A stretch of 64,000 nucleotides of DNA from Octopus sinensis (taxonomy: Eukaryota), in contig NC_043000.1 of assembly GCF_006345805.1 (NCBI RefSeq), forward strand, positions 150,908,001 through 150,972,000, in the 5' to 3' direction. Made by a program: the position numbers and the translations under genes. The notes under the pieces are model-generated. The model was not told the origin of the DNA and made no database searches. It was given only the letters and a program-made list of their open reading frames with translations. Below, piece after piece: positions 48,088 to 61,523 of this stretch (its first letter is position 1; each line of letters opens with the position of its first letter).

Positions 48088-48470
48088 TTAGTTAGTTAGT
48101 TAGTTAGTTAATTTTTTGGCTCAAAAAGCAAAAAAGCAAGGCCATGTAGGGGGACATGGAGTTATGTACAGGGTGGTGTTCATGTAAAGAGTTCAGGCTA
48201 CTTGTGGTCAAGGGAGGCTTTGAACCGAGCGGTCGTCGGCATCTTCACCATCTCGTCCGGCAGCTTATTCCACGGATCCGCAACCCGGACAGAGAAAGCC
48301 CCTCTCCTTTGATTGAGATGAAATCGTCGCAGATAGAGCTTTTCGGAGTGACCCCGCACCCGACGCTCTGGAGCAGGAGTATCGCGAAGGGCCAGGTTGG
48401 AGGCTCAACATTCTGAGTTCTTTTACAGGGCTTAGGAAAACTGAAGGACCTCTGCAATAAGTGCGTGAAT
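48088..48470 (-). mobile_element. CR1-clade LINE 3' end with (CTAA)n tail
   Basis: Minus strand RVRGHSEKLYLRRFHLNQRRGAFSVRVADPWNKLPDEMV..TARFKASLD, then short 3' UTR and (TAAC)n. Confidence 0.85.
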
Positions 48471-48658
48471 CTGAGAGGGGAATATGTTGGGTAAAATCAT
48501 AATTAACTGATCCTCCTGTATTCTATTTTACCCAAAGCCAAGAACTTTTTATCCCCCACCCACTCACCTATGTATATATATGGATGTATGTATGCGGCAA
48601 CGCATATTCTAGGCACCACCACTACCACCATCACCACAACCACTACATTAACACTGAA

Positions 48659-49060
48659 GGCGGCGAGCTGGCAGAAACGTTAGCACGTCGGGCGAAATGC
48701 TTAGCGGTATTTCGTCTGCCGTTACGTTGTGAGTTCAAATTCCGCCGAGGTCGACTTTGCCTTTCATCCTTTCAGGGTCGATAAATTAAGTACCAGTTAC
48801 GCACTGGGGTCGATGTAATCGACTTAATACCTATGCCTGTCCTTGTTTGTCCCCTCTATGTTTAGCCCCTTGTGGGAAGTAAAGAAATAGGTATTTCGTC
48901 TGAGTTCAAATTTTGCCGAGGTCAACTTTGCCTTTCATCCTTTCGGGGTCGATAAATTAAGTACCAGTTACGCACTGGGGTCGATATAATCGACTTAATT
49001 CGTTTGTCTGTATTTGTTTATCCCCTCTGTATTTAGCCCCTTGTGGGTAGTAAAGAAATA
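48659..49060 (+). mobile_element. SINE family B dimer with 17-bp TSD
   Basis: GTATTTCGTC at 48707 and 48891; ACTACATTAACACTGAA at 48642-48658 and 49061-49077. Confidence 0.93.
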
Positions 49061-49359
49061 ACTACATTAACACTGAAATGCTTACATAAGACAGATTAAT
49101 AAAAATGTCAATGGTATCTTTACATTTCATCTAGACCATCCATGATGTCACTTTTATAGTAGAAAAGAATCCCTTTGTTGGTCGCACTCTTCATCTGCTA
49201 TTTGAGCTTCTCTTTTAGACAATGGTTTAAATTGAATAAGATGTCGTAGGATTGCGACGAATCAATTATCTCTTCTTTTTTCCTTCGTCACCCGTCAACT
49301 CAAATACGTCCCCACTACGCCACCGCCTCAACTAGTACCTCGCCCCTCCATCTAAGCTC

Positions 49360-49396
<37 letters not shown>

Positions 49397-49449
49397 GCCT
49401 CTACATTTAACTCATTGGAATAACTTTCTCTTTAGGTTTCTCCCACTTG

Positions 49450-49653
49450 TGTTTCTGACATACAAACATACATACACACATACATACACACATTCACACA
49501 TACATACATACATACATACATATTTTCACACATACATACAAACACACATATATACATTCACACATACACACATATATACGTACATATATACATACATACA
49601 TACGTACGTACATACATGCATACATACGTACGTACATATATATTTATATATGT

Positions 49654-49701
<48 letters not shown>

Positions 49702-49719
49702 GTATACATAAGCATATAC

Positions 49720-49751
<32 letters not shown>

Positions 49752-50106
49752 CTGTGTGTGTGCTTGCTTGTGCGTATATGTATATATGAATGTGTGTATA
49801 AATTGAGATTTTATGTATGTATGTATGCATATATGTGTATATATATATCTGTAAATATATACACATCTCTCTCTCTCTCTCCTCTATATATATATATATA
49901 TATGCACATATACATACACACACGTGCATATGTGTGCATACGTACGTAGATATGTATATGGCTATACTTAGATGCATACGCATGTGTATATATATAAACA
50001 TGTATGTATATACGTGTGTGTATTATATATATATATATATATATACCTCGTTCAGAGATTTATTATATATATATATACATACATACATACATATATATAT
50101 ATATAT

Positions 50107-50139
<33 letters not shown>

Positions 50140-50214
50140 ATATATATAACGCATAGAAGCTCACACATAAGTAGATACCTACATATATACAATCACACAT
50201 TCACACACTCTTAC

Positions 50215-50250
<36 letters not shown>

Positions 50251-50289
50251 TCGCACACACACACTTTCACACACACACACGCACGCACT

Positions 50290-50324
<35 letters not shown>

Positions 50325-50612
50325 GCACTCACTCACACACACACTCGCACACACACACAAACTCACTTACACACACACACACGCATGTGTTCTTTTCTCC
50401 TCTTCTTCGCCAAACTTGTGCCGCAGCTGTCCTGTACCTACTTCGGTGTAACACTGATGTTACCCGAAGCTGTGTTCATTAGGAAGATTGATGTTTTTAT
50501 GTGTTCAGCCACTGCCAGGTATACATACATCATCGGTTTCTTCATCTCCTACAAATTAATGATTGTTTTACTCCTTTCATATGTACTCGCACACACACAC
50601 ACACACACACAC

Positions 50613-50651
<39 letters not shown>

Positions 50652-51015
50652 TCTCTCACACACACACGCGCACTTATATTTATTTAATTATATATATGTA
50701 TATTCACGCACATGCGGACTTAAATATATATATATATACATAAAATACATTGATATGTGTGTGTGTACACACACACACACACACACAGACACACACATAC
50801 ACACACACACACCACACACACACTCACACACACTTATATTTATTTAATTATATATATGTATATTCACGCACATGCGGACTTAGATATATATATATATATA
50901 TACACACATTAATATGTGTGTGTATACACACATACACACACACACACACACACAGATTTATACAGCTTATAAATAGATAGTGTATACACTTACGCACAGA
51001 CACATATACACACGT
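49450..51015. repeat. Compound CA/TA/CATA microsatellite region with a local duplication (about 50670-50730 vs 50830-50900)
   Basis: CACTTATATTTATTTAATTATATATATGTATATTCACGCACATGCGGACTTA occurs twice. Confidence 0.9.
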
Positions 51016-51489
51016 ACACACATATTATTGCTTCGCATTCATTACTTTTATTACTTGCCCCATAACTTTGGTTAAACGGACCGGTGGGACCAAATTACAA
51101 TGAGGTGTGAACAAAAAAAAAGAAAGAAAAGAAGACAGAAAAGATAAATGAATATACACATAAAAATTTAAAAAAATATAAACAAACAAATGACTTAGTA
51201 GAAAAAGGCAAAATAGAACAACCCCCAACTTAAAGTTAGAATTCAAAATCAAATTAATAAAATAAAATAAAATAAGATAAAATAAAATTGAATTGTAATC
51301 ATGTGTCCCTATCTATTTGCAATTGAAAGCTAAACATGACGAGAATTCTAAAGAGTTTTTTTAGTCTGAACACGAAAAGCAGACACGATGAAGAGTCGTG
51401 AGTTTTATATCCAGTGATTAGGCGCTGGTTTTATGTTCTGTGTAAAACATTAAAACATTGTCTCTTGACTCAACTTGCTGTTGGGCGAG

Positions 51490-51506
51490 TAACAATAGAT
51501 AGATAG

Positions 51507-51555
<49 letters not shown>

Positions 51556-51741
51556 GAGAGAGAAAAGAAGAGAGAGAAAGAGAGGAAGAGAGAGAAGGAG
51601 AGATGGATGTCTGGATAGATGACTGGTTGGATAGAAAGATAAAAAGAGAGAGAGAGAGAGATGGATGGATAGATTGATAAACGGATAGATAGATACATAG
51701 ATAGATAGAGAGAGGAGGGAGAGAGATTGATAGATAGACAT

Positions 51742-51807
<66 letters not shown>

Positions 51808-51866
51808 GGTTGAAAGGATAGATAGATACATAGATTGATAGAGATGTATAGATGGTTGGATGGATG

Positions 51867-51920
<54 letters not shown>

Positions 51921-52280
51921 ATAATAGATAGAATGATAGATAGATTGATTAAATGATAGATAGACTGATAGATAGACTGATAGATAGATGGATAGATAGA
52001 TAAATACATAGATGGAGAGATAGAATGATTGACAGATATATAGATAAAGAGATAGTGATGGATGGATGGATGGCTAGATAGATAGTAGAAGATAGATAGA
52101 TATAGATAGATAGATAGATAGGATAGATAGAAGATAGAATAATAGATAGAATGATAGATAGATTGATTAAATGATAGATAGACTGATAGATAGATGGATA
52201 GATAGATAAATACATAGATGGAGAGATAGAATGATTGACAGATATATAGATAAAGAGATAGTGATGGATGGATGGATGGC

Positions 52281-52363
<83 letters not shown>

Positions 52364-52420
52364 AAGGAGGAATAGACTGATAGATAAATAGATGGATGGA
52401 TGGATAGATAGATAGACGCA
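51490..52420. repeat. (GA)n/(GATA)n/(GATG)n compound array with higher-order duplication
   Basis: Block AGAATAATAGATAGAATGATAGATAGATTGATTAAATG..AAAGAGATAGTGATGG repeated at about 51918 and 52137. Confidence 0.9.
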
Positions 52421-53086
52421 AAGAAAACTGAAGGGTGAGAGAGAGAAGGCACACACACATACACTGAGAGAATATATAATACACGCACGCACACATAGAC
52501 ACAGACACACATACACACGCACACTCACTGAAGAGTAAGTTGTAGGAGAAGTGATGGAGACACATACATCTAAAAACATACACTCGTGCATACGCATTAA
52601 CGCACATACATATAAACACGCAGAGGACAAGTAGTATAGACTCCACCACACACACACACACACACGGAGAGTGAGAGTGAGAGTGAGAGTTTGAGAAAAG
52701 AAGAGGGAAGAGGTGAAAGAAGATGTAAAAGTGCAACGAAGAGTAAGTATAGTGAGATAAAGTCAGAGTAGTGGCAGAGAGAGAAAGAGGGAGAGAAAGA
52801 GAGAGAGAGAGAGGAAGAGAAGGGGAGAGGGAAGAGAGTGTTAGTAAGATTGAAAGCCGTAGAGAACTTGGTGGAGGAGAGTGGGACTAATTGAATGAAT
52901 AAATAAAACAGTGTTAACCAACACCGACGAGAAGTGTCATTAACCATGTTAGTTACTATTAAAAAATAAATATCCGACTACAGAAAATGCATTTTTGTGT
53001 TCTGTAAGTGGTAGGTATAGTTGTACACGTGTATGCTTAATAAATAGTGAGTTGTCATCGATGAAAACAGCGTTACTCTAACCGTG

Positions 53087-53311
53087 AGTCCGGGCCAGTC
53101 GGGCCGACGACAAAGTACGTCGTCATAATACCACACAGAACTGTGTCGAGCAGGACCCAACAGTGGCGACAAGGATTTGAATAACATGCAGTGGAAAAGA
53201 TTAACATTTTCCAATAATTCCAGTTTCTAACCACACTTTTTTCCGAACAAAAACAAGGTGTTTGCGGCGAATTCGGCATTCGTAATGCATGCCGTTTGAA
53301 AAGTATATATA
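53087..53311. repeat. Direct repeat R, copy 1 (225 bp)
   Basis: 8 mismatches by eye against 55208-55432. Confidence 0.95.
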
Positions 53312-53313
53312 TA

Positions 53314-55175
53314 TTAGTGATGAATTTACAGGCTGTCGTGTTATACTTTGTTGTATATCTTTGCTGAAGGTTCTCCCCGCGTGGCTGAGTCACATTTTGT
53401 TGCATTTGTTAAATACTGTTGCTGCTCTTGCCTGCGAGCTGTTAAATTTTGTGTTTTTCTTCTTCCCCATTTTGGGGCGAAGTGACTGAAAAAAAATGAA
53501 AAAAAAATGGAGTGTGAACCACTTCCAGCACATGCCGGGAGTTATGCTTCAGCAGCTGAGAAAGGTGCAGATTAGCTAGAAGCACGAGAAATTAAAATTG
53601 AACAGAAGAAGCTGAAGGAACACTACAAGTTGATTCAGAAGGAGAGATCCAGTTTAAAGCTGGCCCCTCCACAAGAGTAGATAACCAGCACCAAGAAATA
53701 ACAGTGGTGTGCAGACCTCTATCGACAACCACCAAGAAAATAGAGACAGCTACAGAAGAAGCTATTGAAGAATGTTTGAAGAAAATTAGGAACCTGACAT
53801 CATTCTATACAAGAAGCAGAAAATACGGCACAGTGGAGGTGAGATTTGCCAACGAACAGAGGGCAATAAACCACCCTACTGTGACGCTGAAGACAGAAAA
53901 ATGGGTACTCCTTCCTACCTACTGTGACAAAAGGGTAGCCAAAGTGAGAATAGGCAGAGTACCACCAGAAATCAAAGAGGTTGTTGGCCAAAGCGAGGTT
54001 GGGGGCCAAAATTCTAAAGGTGACAAGGTCAAAGAAGGTAAATTTATGGGGATACGGACTAGAAATGGTCATCCAGCTCGGACAACAAGATCTAAATGTA
54101 ATTGCTGAAGAAATAATACTACTGGAGGAATAAGGTTGAGAGTAGTGGTAGAAGGAAGGCCACCAACTTGCTGTCAATGCGGCGAAAGAGGACATATTAG
54201 AATAAAGTGACCCCAGAGAGAAAGTAAAAACGAGGAAAGCCAACAGGAGCAGAATGCCGAAGTGGTGGACCTAGAAAATGAAAAATGCACAAAAGAAGCG
54301 GAAGAACCATTTACGGAGGTGATCAAAAGAAAAAGAAAAGAACTAGTGAACTCACCTCCGAAGAATCCACTCAAGAAAAAGGAGAGTGAAATTAACTGTA
54401 CACATTTTTCACTGCATGAACCTCCACCAGCATCGACAACAAAAGAAAAAGAAAAGGAAACCATCACAGACAACCCAATTACACTGCAGGAACGAACAGT
54501 CAAAAGACCCGGAAAAAACAAATGGTGTATGGTAAGATATACAAAAAGCACATTTATAGATGGGAAAATCACCAAATTCAAATCGGTGATAAGAGTTAAA
54601 CTGCCAACGGAACGGTTGTATACTGTCAATTTAACGTGACAGTAGGGGATTACACTACCGCTGTTTCGCCCTAGGAAGCATCGACGCTTCCTGTCGGCTT
54701 CGACACATTTCCTGTGTCCTTATATATTTACGAAGGGGAGACAAATACCCCCAACAGCTATACCCAGAAAGTACACAAACCATAGTAATAGACAAGGAAA
54801 GATATAAGAAATTGAAGAAATGGTTTGGAAATAAAATAGAGTGAGGGTAGAGTTTGACGACCTGTCACCAGTCATAGATTACGACGACTTGCTGCCATAT
54901 ATAAAATGGTAAAGCGTGAGTAAGCTTTAAAAATTTTTTTAAAGACTACACATACGATACTAAAAGGAAAAAAAGAGAAAAATTATATAAAAACTTTGTA
55001 TTAAAACAGTTAAATGGTACTGCTTGAGAGTGGGGTTCAAGTAGCCATTACATCCTCATTAAATTATTATCCATTTCTCATTCATTCGTTTGTTTTATGT
55101 TTTTCGTACCCACTGTGGCGTTCTGTCTGTCCTTGTGCCGTCCTCCTCTGTGTCATGGCCTGTGTGCCAAATACA
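53314..55175 (+). mobile_element. ORF1-only (gag-like, zinc knuckle) non-LTR element with Tx1-like 3' tail
   Basis: Decayed ORF from ATG 53509 (MECEPLPAHAGSYASAA..VEVRF..KVRIGRVPPEI..VVVEGRPPTCCQCGERGHI) to about 54910; no EN/RT motifs; tail TGTCTGTCCTTGT..CCTCTGTGT..CCTGTGTGCCAAATACA. Confidence 0.6.
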
Positions 55176-55432
55176 GTCGGCGAGGCACGCCGTTCGGCCA
55201 CTCACGCAGTCCGGGCCAGTCGAGCCGACCACAAAGTACGTCGTCATAATACCACACAGAACTGTGTCGAGCAAGACCCAACAGTGGCGACAAGGATTTG
55301 AATAACATGCAGTGGAAAGGATTAACATTTTCCAATAATTCCGGTTTCTAACCACACTTTTTTCCGAACAAAAACAAGGTGTTTGCGACGAATTCGGCAT
55401 CCGTAATGCATGCCGTTTGAAAGGTATATATA
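55174..55432. repeat. Direct repeat R, copy 2 (longer)
   Basis: See copy 1; terminal hairpin CGGCAT..ATGCCG. Confidence 0.95.
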
Positions 55433-55659
55433 CTCTTTTACTCTTTTACTCTTTTACTTGTTTCAGTCATTTGACTGCGGCCATGCTGGAGCACCGCTTT
55501 TAATCGAGCAACTCGACCCCGGGACTTATTCTTTTGTAAGCCCAGTACTTATTCTATCGGTCTCTTTTGCCGAACCGCTAAGTGACGGGGACATAAGCAC
55601 ACCAGCATCGGTTGTCGAGCAATGCTAGGGGGACAAATACAGACACACAAACACACACG

Positions 55660-55723
<64 letters not shown>

Positions 55724-55886
55724 TACGACGGGCTTCTTTCAGTTCCGTCTACCAAATCCACTCACAAGGCATTGGTCGGTCCGGGGCTATAGCAGAAGAC
55801 ACTTGCCCAAGATGCCACGCAGTGGGACTGAACCCGGAACCATGTGGTTGGTAAGCAAGCTACTTACCACACAGCCACTCCTGCGC
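55431..55886 (-). mobile_element. SINE family A
   Basis: Reverse-complement match. Confidence 0.9.
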
Positions 55887-56217
55887 ATGTATATACAATT
55901 TCATCAAAAGATATCCATTTTCCTTTAAGTTACGAGGGAAAAAAATCGGACCCTGTGCATTTTTCGAAGTCCTCTCCCCGCCATTGCTTTCCGCGCATTT
56001 TTGCTTTTATATTCGTTTCCTACACATTTTTTTTCACACCCGTTGCACTATTTTTTTTTTTTCGTTTCTTGATAATATTGTAAACCTAACCTATATTGAC
56101 CTAAAATAATACAAGTCCGATGAAGGATTTCAGTCAGGTCGCTTATGTGTTCGTAGCGCTGCTGGTAAGAATGTGGAATACATTCGAATAGCATGGTTCG
56201 AATGTGTATTACATAGA

Positions 56218-56244
56218 GTTGAATAATAATAATAACAACAACAA

Positions 56245-56281
<37 letters not shown>

Positions 56282-56323
56282 GTCATCATCATCGTCATCG
56301 TCATCATCATCATCATCATCATC

Positions 56324-56363
<40 letters not shown>

Positions 56364-56404
56364 GTAACAACAACAATAACAATATCAATAATAATAACAA
56401 TAAC

Positions 56405-56442
<38 letters not shown>

Positions 56443-56448
56443 TAATAA
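56218..56448. repeat. Compound (AAT)(CAT)(CAA)(AAT)n trinucleotide array
   Basis: Direct reading. Confidence 0.97.
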
Positions 56449-57250
56449 GAAAAATCCCAGCAATGGTTGAGAAGCTCAGGACTCAAAGCAGAAACAGAGG
56501 GATTTTTAATTTCAGCACAAGACCAAAGCCTCCCCACCAGAAATTACCAAAAACATGTAATGAAAAGAAATATTACAAGTAACTGCAGAATATGTGGAGA
56601 TGGACAAGAAACAATAAATCATATTATCTCTAGCTGCCCAGTCTTGGCTAAGAAGGAATATATTCACAGACATGACAGAGTTGGAACCTACATACATTGG
56701 AAGCTATGCCAACATTATGGAATAACAACAGAAAAAAGATGGTATAGGCACACACCAGAAAAGGTCACAGAAAACGAGAAGCAACCATACTCTGGGATAT
56801 GCCGATACACACAGATAGAGAAATTAAGGCCAACAGACCAGATATAGTTGTCAGAGATCATGAAGAAAAAAAATGCTTTCTAATTGATGTATCAATACCG
56901 GCTGATGACAACGTGTCTCTGAAAGAAATGGAGAAACTCTCAAAATACAAAGACCTGGAAATAGAGGTAACTAGAATGTGGAATCTGAAAACAGAAACAA
57001 TTCCTATCATAGTAGGTGCATTAGGCATGATAAAAAAATATTCAGACAAATACATAACAAAAACACCAGGACTTACAAACACATATAACATACAGAAAAT
57101 TGCACTACTAGGCACTGCACACATCCTACGCAGAACACTTTCCATACAATAACCATCAGAGCATCACAACAAATCACAGCACATACCCAAGGCACACAGA
57201 GCTGTGCTCGGTAGTGAAGTGAAAGCACGCTATAAAAATAAAACTACTGA
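56449..57250 (+). mobile_element. 5'-truncated R4/Dong-clade non-LTR retrotransposon (CCHC finger + RLE endonuclease) embedded in (AAT)n
   Basis: LKAETEGFLISAQDQSL, CRIC..QETINHIISSC, RHD, NRPDIV..LIDVS..D..K..KY.DL..E..W, IVGALG; one frameshift near 56785; (AAT)n on both sides (to 56448 and 57251-57333). Confidence 0.92.
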
Positions 57251-57255
57251 ATAAC

Positions 57256-57323
<68 letters not shown>

Positions 57324-57341
57324 TAATAATAATTGCCGATG

Positions 57342-57547
57342 GATGTGTGTCGGAGAACTCTATGTAATAATTTAATGCTTCTGTGATGAGAAATTGAAAA
57401 AAAAAAAAAAGTCTTTGCTCTGTGTAATAGATAGAGTTGAAAAAAAAAATGTTGATAGGTGTATATCGGTGAACTCTATAAAATAATTAATTTCTCTGTG
57501 ATAGGAGATTGAAAAAAAAAAGATTTTGTTCTATGTGATAGATGGAG
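57342..57547. repeat. Diverged tandem duplication of about 100-115 bp
   Basis: TCGG(A/T)GAACTCTAT..TCTGTGAT..GA(A/G)ATTGAAAAAAAAA..TTTG(C/T)TCT(G/A)TGT(A/G)ATAGAT twice. Confidence 0.7.
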
Positions 57548-57676
57548 AAAAAAATGATGTAAAAAATATATTGAGTGTAAATTTCAAGGTGGGGAGGTGT
57601 TGTGGAAGTCACCCCTGAGCCAGAGAAGTGGGCTGTTTCTCTACAAATAAATAATTAACAGACATAATGAGTGGGG

Positions 57677-57795
57677 CAGTCGCCGAGACACACTGTTCGG
57701 CCACTCACGCAGTCCGGACCAGTCGGGCCAGTCGGGCTGACGACGAAGTACGTCGTCATAATACCACACAGAACTGTGTCGAGCAAGACACAACA
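57677..57795. repeat. Direct repeat R, partial copy 3
   Basis: GTTCGGCCACTCACGCAGTCCGG..AGTACGTCGTCATAATACCACACAGAACTGTGTCGAGCAAGAC. Confidence 0.9.
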
Positions 57796-57841
57796 AACAT
57801 ATAATAGAGAACTGAAAAGCAGAGATATAAAATAAATAAAG

Positions 57842-59864
57842 TTAGTGAGATCCTTGTGCTTCATGCATGCTACTGAGAAATTTTATAGTAGCTAGTAATT
57901 TAGTCAGCTTTAGCCTCATGTCTCCTCGTTTACTGATATCAAGTCGATTTCTTGTTTTCAATAAAAAATCATTTACAGCAGGAGCGGCTGTGTGGTAAGT
58001 AGCTTGCTAACCAACTACATGGTTCCGGGTTCAGTCCCACTGCGTGGCATCTTGGGCAAGTGTCTTCTACTATAGCCCCGGGCCGACCAATGCCTTGTGA
58101 GTGGATATGTATATGTGTGTATGTTTGTGTCTGCGTTTGTCCCCCTAGCATTGCTTGACAACCGATGCTGGTGTGTTTACGTCCCCGTCACTTGGCGGTT
58201 CGGCAAAAGAGACCGATAGAATAAGTACTGGGCTTACAAAGAATAAGTCCCGGGATCGATTTGCTCGACTAAAGGCGGTGCTCCAGCATGGCCGCAGTCA
58301 AATGACTGAAACAAGTAAAAGAGTAAAGAGTAAGAGAGCAGTAAAACCACATTCAGCTAAATATGAAGTTGGGAGCGGTAACAACAATTTTCTTGCAAAG
58401 TTGGTTGAATTTGGGTATTTGGTTTCTGTCTCATCACAAAACCATTACATCACTCCTTTTATATTGAATAAAGTTTTAACTGACTCATCATTTTGCATTT
58501 CCGAGAGTTCTTGGTACTGTATCGAAACATCAAATATATCCACTAGCATTAGCTGCATCATCCATGCTGGAAAATCAATTTGTTTTAAATCAGAAAAGCT
58601 TTCTTTCAAATCAGAGGCCAATATTTTCAGATGATCCACAATGACAAGTACAGCAGCATCGGTCACCTCACATTTTTTTAGCCAATGAAACTGGTAAAAA
58701 TTTTGTTAAAAATATTTTTTTTGACAAACCTCAATGAATGTAACAAAGCTAAATATCTTCGTCTTTGCATCAATAAGAGTTTTATTTGATACTTGAAGTT
58801 TCTTATTTAACATATTCAGTTTTTCAAAGATATCCGTTAAATAACTTACAAATGCTTTACCATCAACGGTTAGCAGGTGCTTCATTTCAGGTTTGTCACT
58901 TAAAAAGTCACTAATAACATCAAATAGTTCCATAAATCTTTTCAAGCAATTCCCCTTTGAGAGCCACCTTACCTCAGCGTGAGATAAAAGTCTCACATAG
59001 TCTGCATTTTCACAAAACTGCTTGAAAAGACGCTCACATTTGGCATTAGCAGCTTTGATAGCAATAATACATTTTATAATTGATTTTAGTACCTCATTGC
59101 GAAAAGGAGACATATTTTTGGGTACTAAGTTCTCTCTATGAATAACACAGTGCACAAGAAGTATTTCTGGATTCTCATCTTTCATTAATTTTAAGCAGCC
59201 TTTTTTTCTTGCCCATCATAACAGAAGCACCATCTGCAGCACAAGATGTTATGTTCTCTATTGGTATATTGTTGACATCCAAGTAATTATCATTTCTTCA
59301 GCAAATTCACCTTTATCAGTATATCTTGCATAGATTAGCAATACGACCTCGCGGTTTCATCCATTTGTAATGAGAATTTTTTTGATTTCAGCTTTTCAAC
59401 AAGTTGGGCTTCAATATCTTCACTCATTTCATCCATTCTTCTACTAACAGTATTGTTACTAAGTGCCATGGCTTGAACAACTTTGTCATCTTTTTCCAGG
59501 ACTGTTTTTAAAAATGCTGATATTGATGGTTTAATTAAATCCTCTTCAAAAGTATGTTTTTCCCCACATTTAACAACGAGTAATAAAATTTCATAACTAG
59601 CCTCAAGAGTACGACGGGCGTTGTTGTTCTTTTTGCAAACTTCTCCTTTAAAGACTTAAAGTAATTTAAATCTGAATTTACATACACACTATGTTTCATC
59701 TTCAAATGTAACTCAAAACGATTTGGTTTCATTGATTCGTTGGTCAAGCATTGTTGGCATAAGAGGCAGAAAGGTGACCGTTTATCGTGGACAGTGGGTA
59801 TAAATCCAAATTTTAAATATTCCTCTGAATATTGACGAACTGTTTCTTTACTTGCGTTACTCAT
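57842..59864 (-). pseudogene. hAT (Buster; ZBED5/SCAND3/FAM200-like) transposase pseudogene, split by a SINE
   Basis: YSEEYLKFGF..PFCLLC..NESMKP..H..KH (BED finger), FSLQMDE, ADGASVMMG, HCVIHRENL, EVRWLSKG, PTSYLAECGFTA|VNDF..RNRL..DMRLKL..QGSH*. Confidence 0.9.
57977..58337 (+). mobile_element. SINE family A inserted in the hAT transposase
   Basis: Full match; AGCA shared at both junctions. Confidence 0.9.
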
Positions 59865-60221
59865 TTTATGTATTTTTGAATCAAACACGAAGAGATTTCT
59901 GTTCAAGCAAACTTTTTCAATAATTTGTTCGAAAAGATTTCAGTATAAACTTTCGGAAAATATGTTCAAGAAGAAACAAAAATATTCCGTAAATCTTCTC
60001 AGCCTTTCTATCAATGATGTAAATTTTTCTTACCTTTTTGCTGAATTCACAAACTTGAAAATAATTCCTGACAGGTGGGAATAAAATAACTTGTTAATTT
60101 TCATCTCTTTTCATATATATACATGTGTGTGTATGTGTGCCTTACCAGTACCATAAATCTCTCTCTTTATATATCTGTCTGTTTGTATGTCTGTCTATCT
60201 GTTTCTCTCTCTCTCTCTTTC

Positions 60222-60276
<55 letters not shown>

Positions 60277-60537
60277 GCCTTTTTCTCTTCCTTCACTGAC
60301 GCTACCCCTTACCTCCGCTCCATTTCAACCCATTCAACACCATTCAATTCTTCCACCCTTCACCCCCAACACCATTTAGCACCACATTTTTCTTGTGTAC
60401 CAAGATTTTTGTCGCCAGAGTTACTACTTTTAGACACCCACACACATAACTCTGTTTCCAGTTTATTTCTCCATGGGGAATTAAGATGGCATTGCTTTCA
60501 GTACTGACCAACTAACCAGTTCTATACTAAACACATG

Positions 60538-60588
<51 letters not shown>

Positions 60589-61523
60589 CACTCCCTCTCT
60601 CTCTCACACACACACACTCCCTCTCTCTCTCTCTCACACACACACTCCCTCTCTATCTCTCTATCTCTCTCTCTCACACACATACGCTTTTGTAATTTAC
60701 CTAGGAAATAATAACATCAGATCTTTGAAAATGATAAAAACAACTTGTCTCCAAAGTGTCCAAAATTTGATAAAACTTGTCCACAGAAGAAATGTAAATT
60801 TTTTTTATAACTCATTTTCGAATTGACTCTATCGGTATTGTAAACATTGTGTACGAAAGGTATAAATTCAACATAAACCTACACATGCCTCCCCAAATAT
60901 TACTATACCCCATCAAAATATTACCATGCCCCCCCCCCACGTTGAAAATCACGGATCTATATGTATATGTTGAAAGTAATTCGTACCTCAAATAAGCTCT
61001 TGAACATCACACACACACACACATGCACACGTGAACATGCATTCGTAATTAAAAGGAGCTCAGAGACAGTAACTCAGAAGTAAATAGCATGAATTTGAAC
61101 AACAACAACAAAGCCAAAATGGCTTATAGAAATTTCCCTCACGAAAAAAGAAAACAAAAATTTGTGGTTTGCACATATGTCTGTGCGTCTGCATGTTTGT
61201 GCGTGTGTGCGTGCGCGTGTATGTGTTTAAAATAACTTCACAAAATTTCGACCAATATCATTGATTGATTAATCATCAAATGTGTCTGGATTTTATATCT
61301 TGCGAGTACTTTTGTGAATGTATCATATATGCACTTAGCTGTTTTGGTGCAGGTGATCCTGTCGTTCGTTGTTGGCGCTGGAGGCGTGCATAAGCGGTTC
61401 CATATACTAATTGTTTCATTATTATATTATTTAGTGTCTATCATGGCTGATGAAGCGCAGCTACTATTAAAAAGAAGCGGTGGTGGTGGAGCGAGAGAAA
61501 GGTATGCGCAATCGTTCTAAAAT

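Larger units (their letters stand above)
57800..60954 (-). mobile_element. Buster/Charlie-type hAT DNA transposon, decayed; 5' TIR present, 3' TIR not found
   Basis: Minus-strand start CCGTGATTTTCAACGTGGGGG (60954 down) preceded by ATATAGAT (NNNTANNN); transposase fragments inside. Confidence 0.8.

Noticed and set aside
57572-57600. Possible 3' TIR of the hAT (GAGTGTAAATTTCAAGGTGGGG)
   Set aside because: Too diverged from the 5' TIR and no matching 8-bp TSD.
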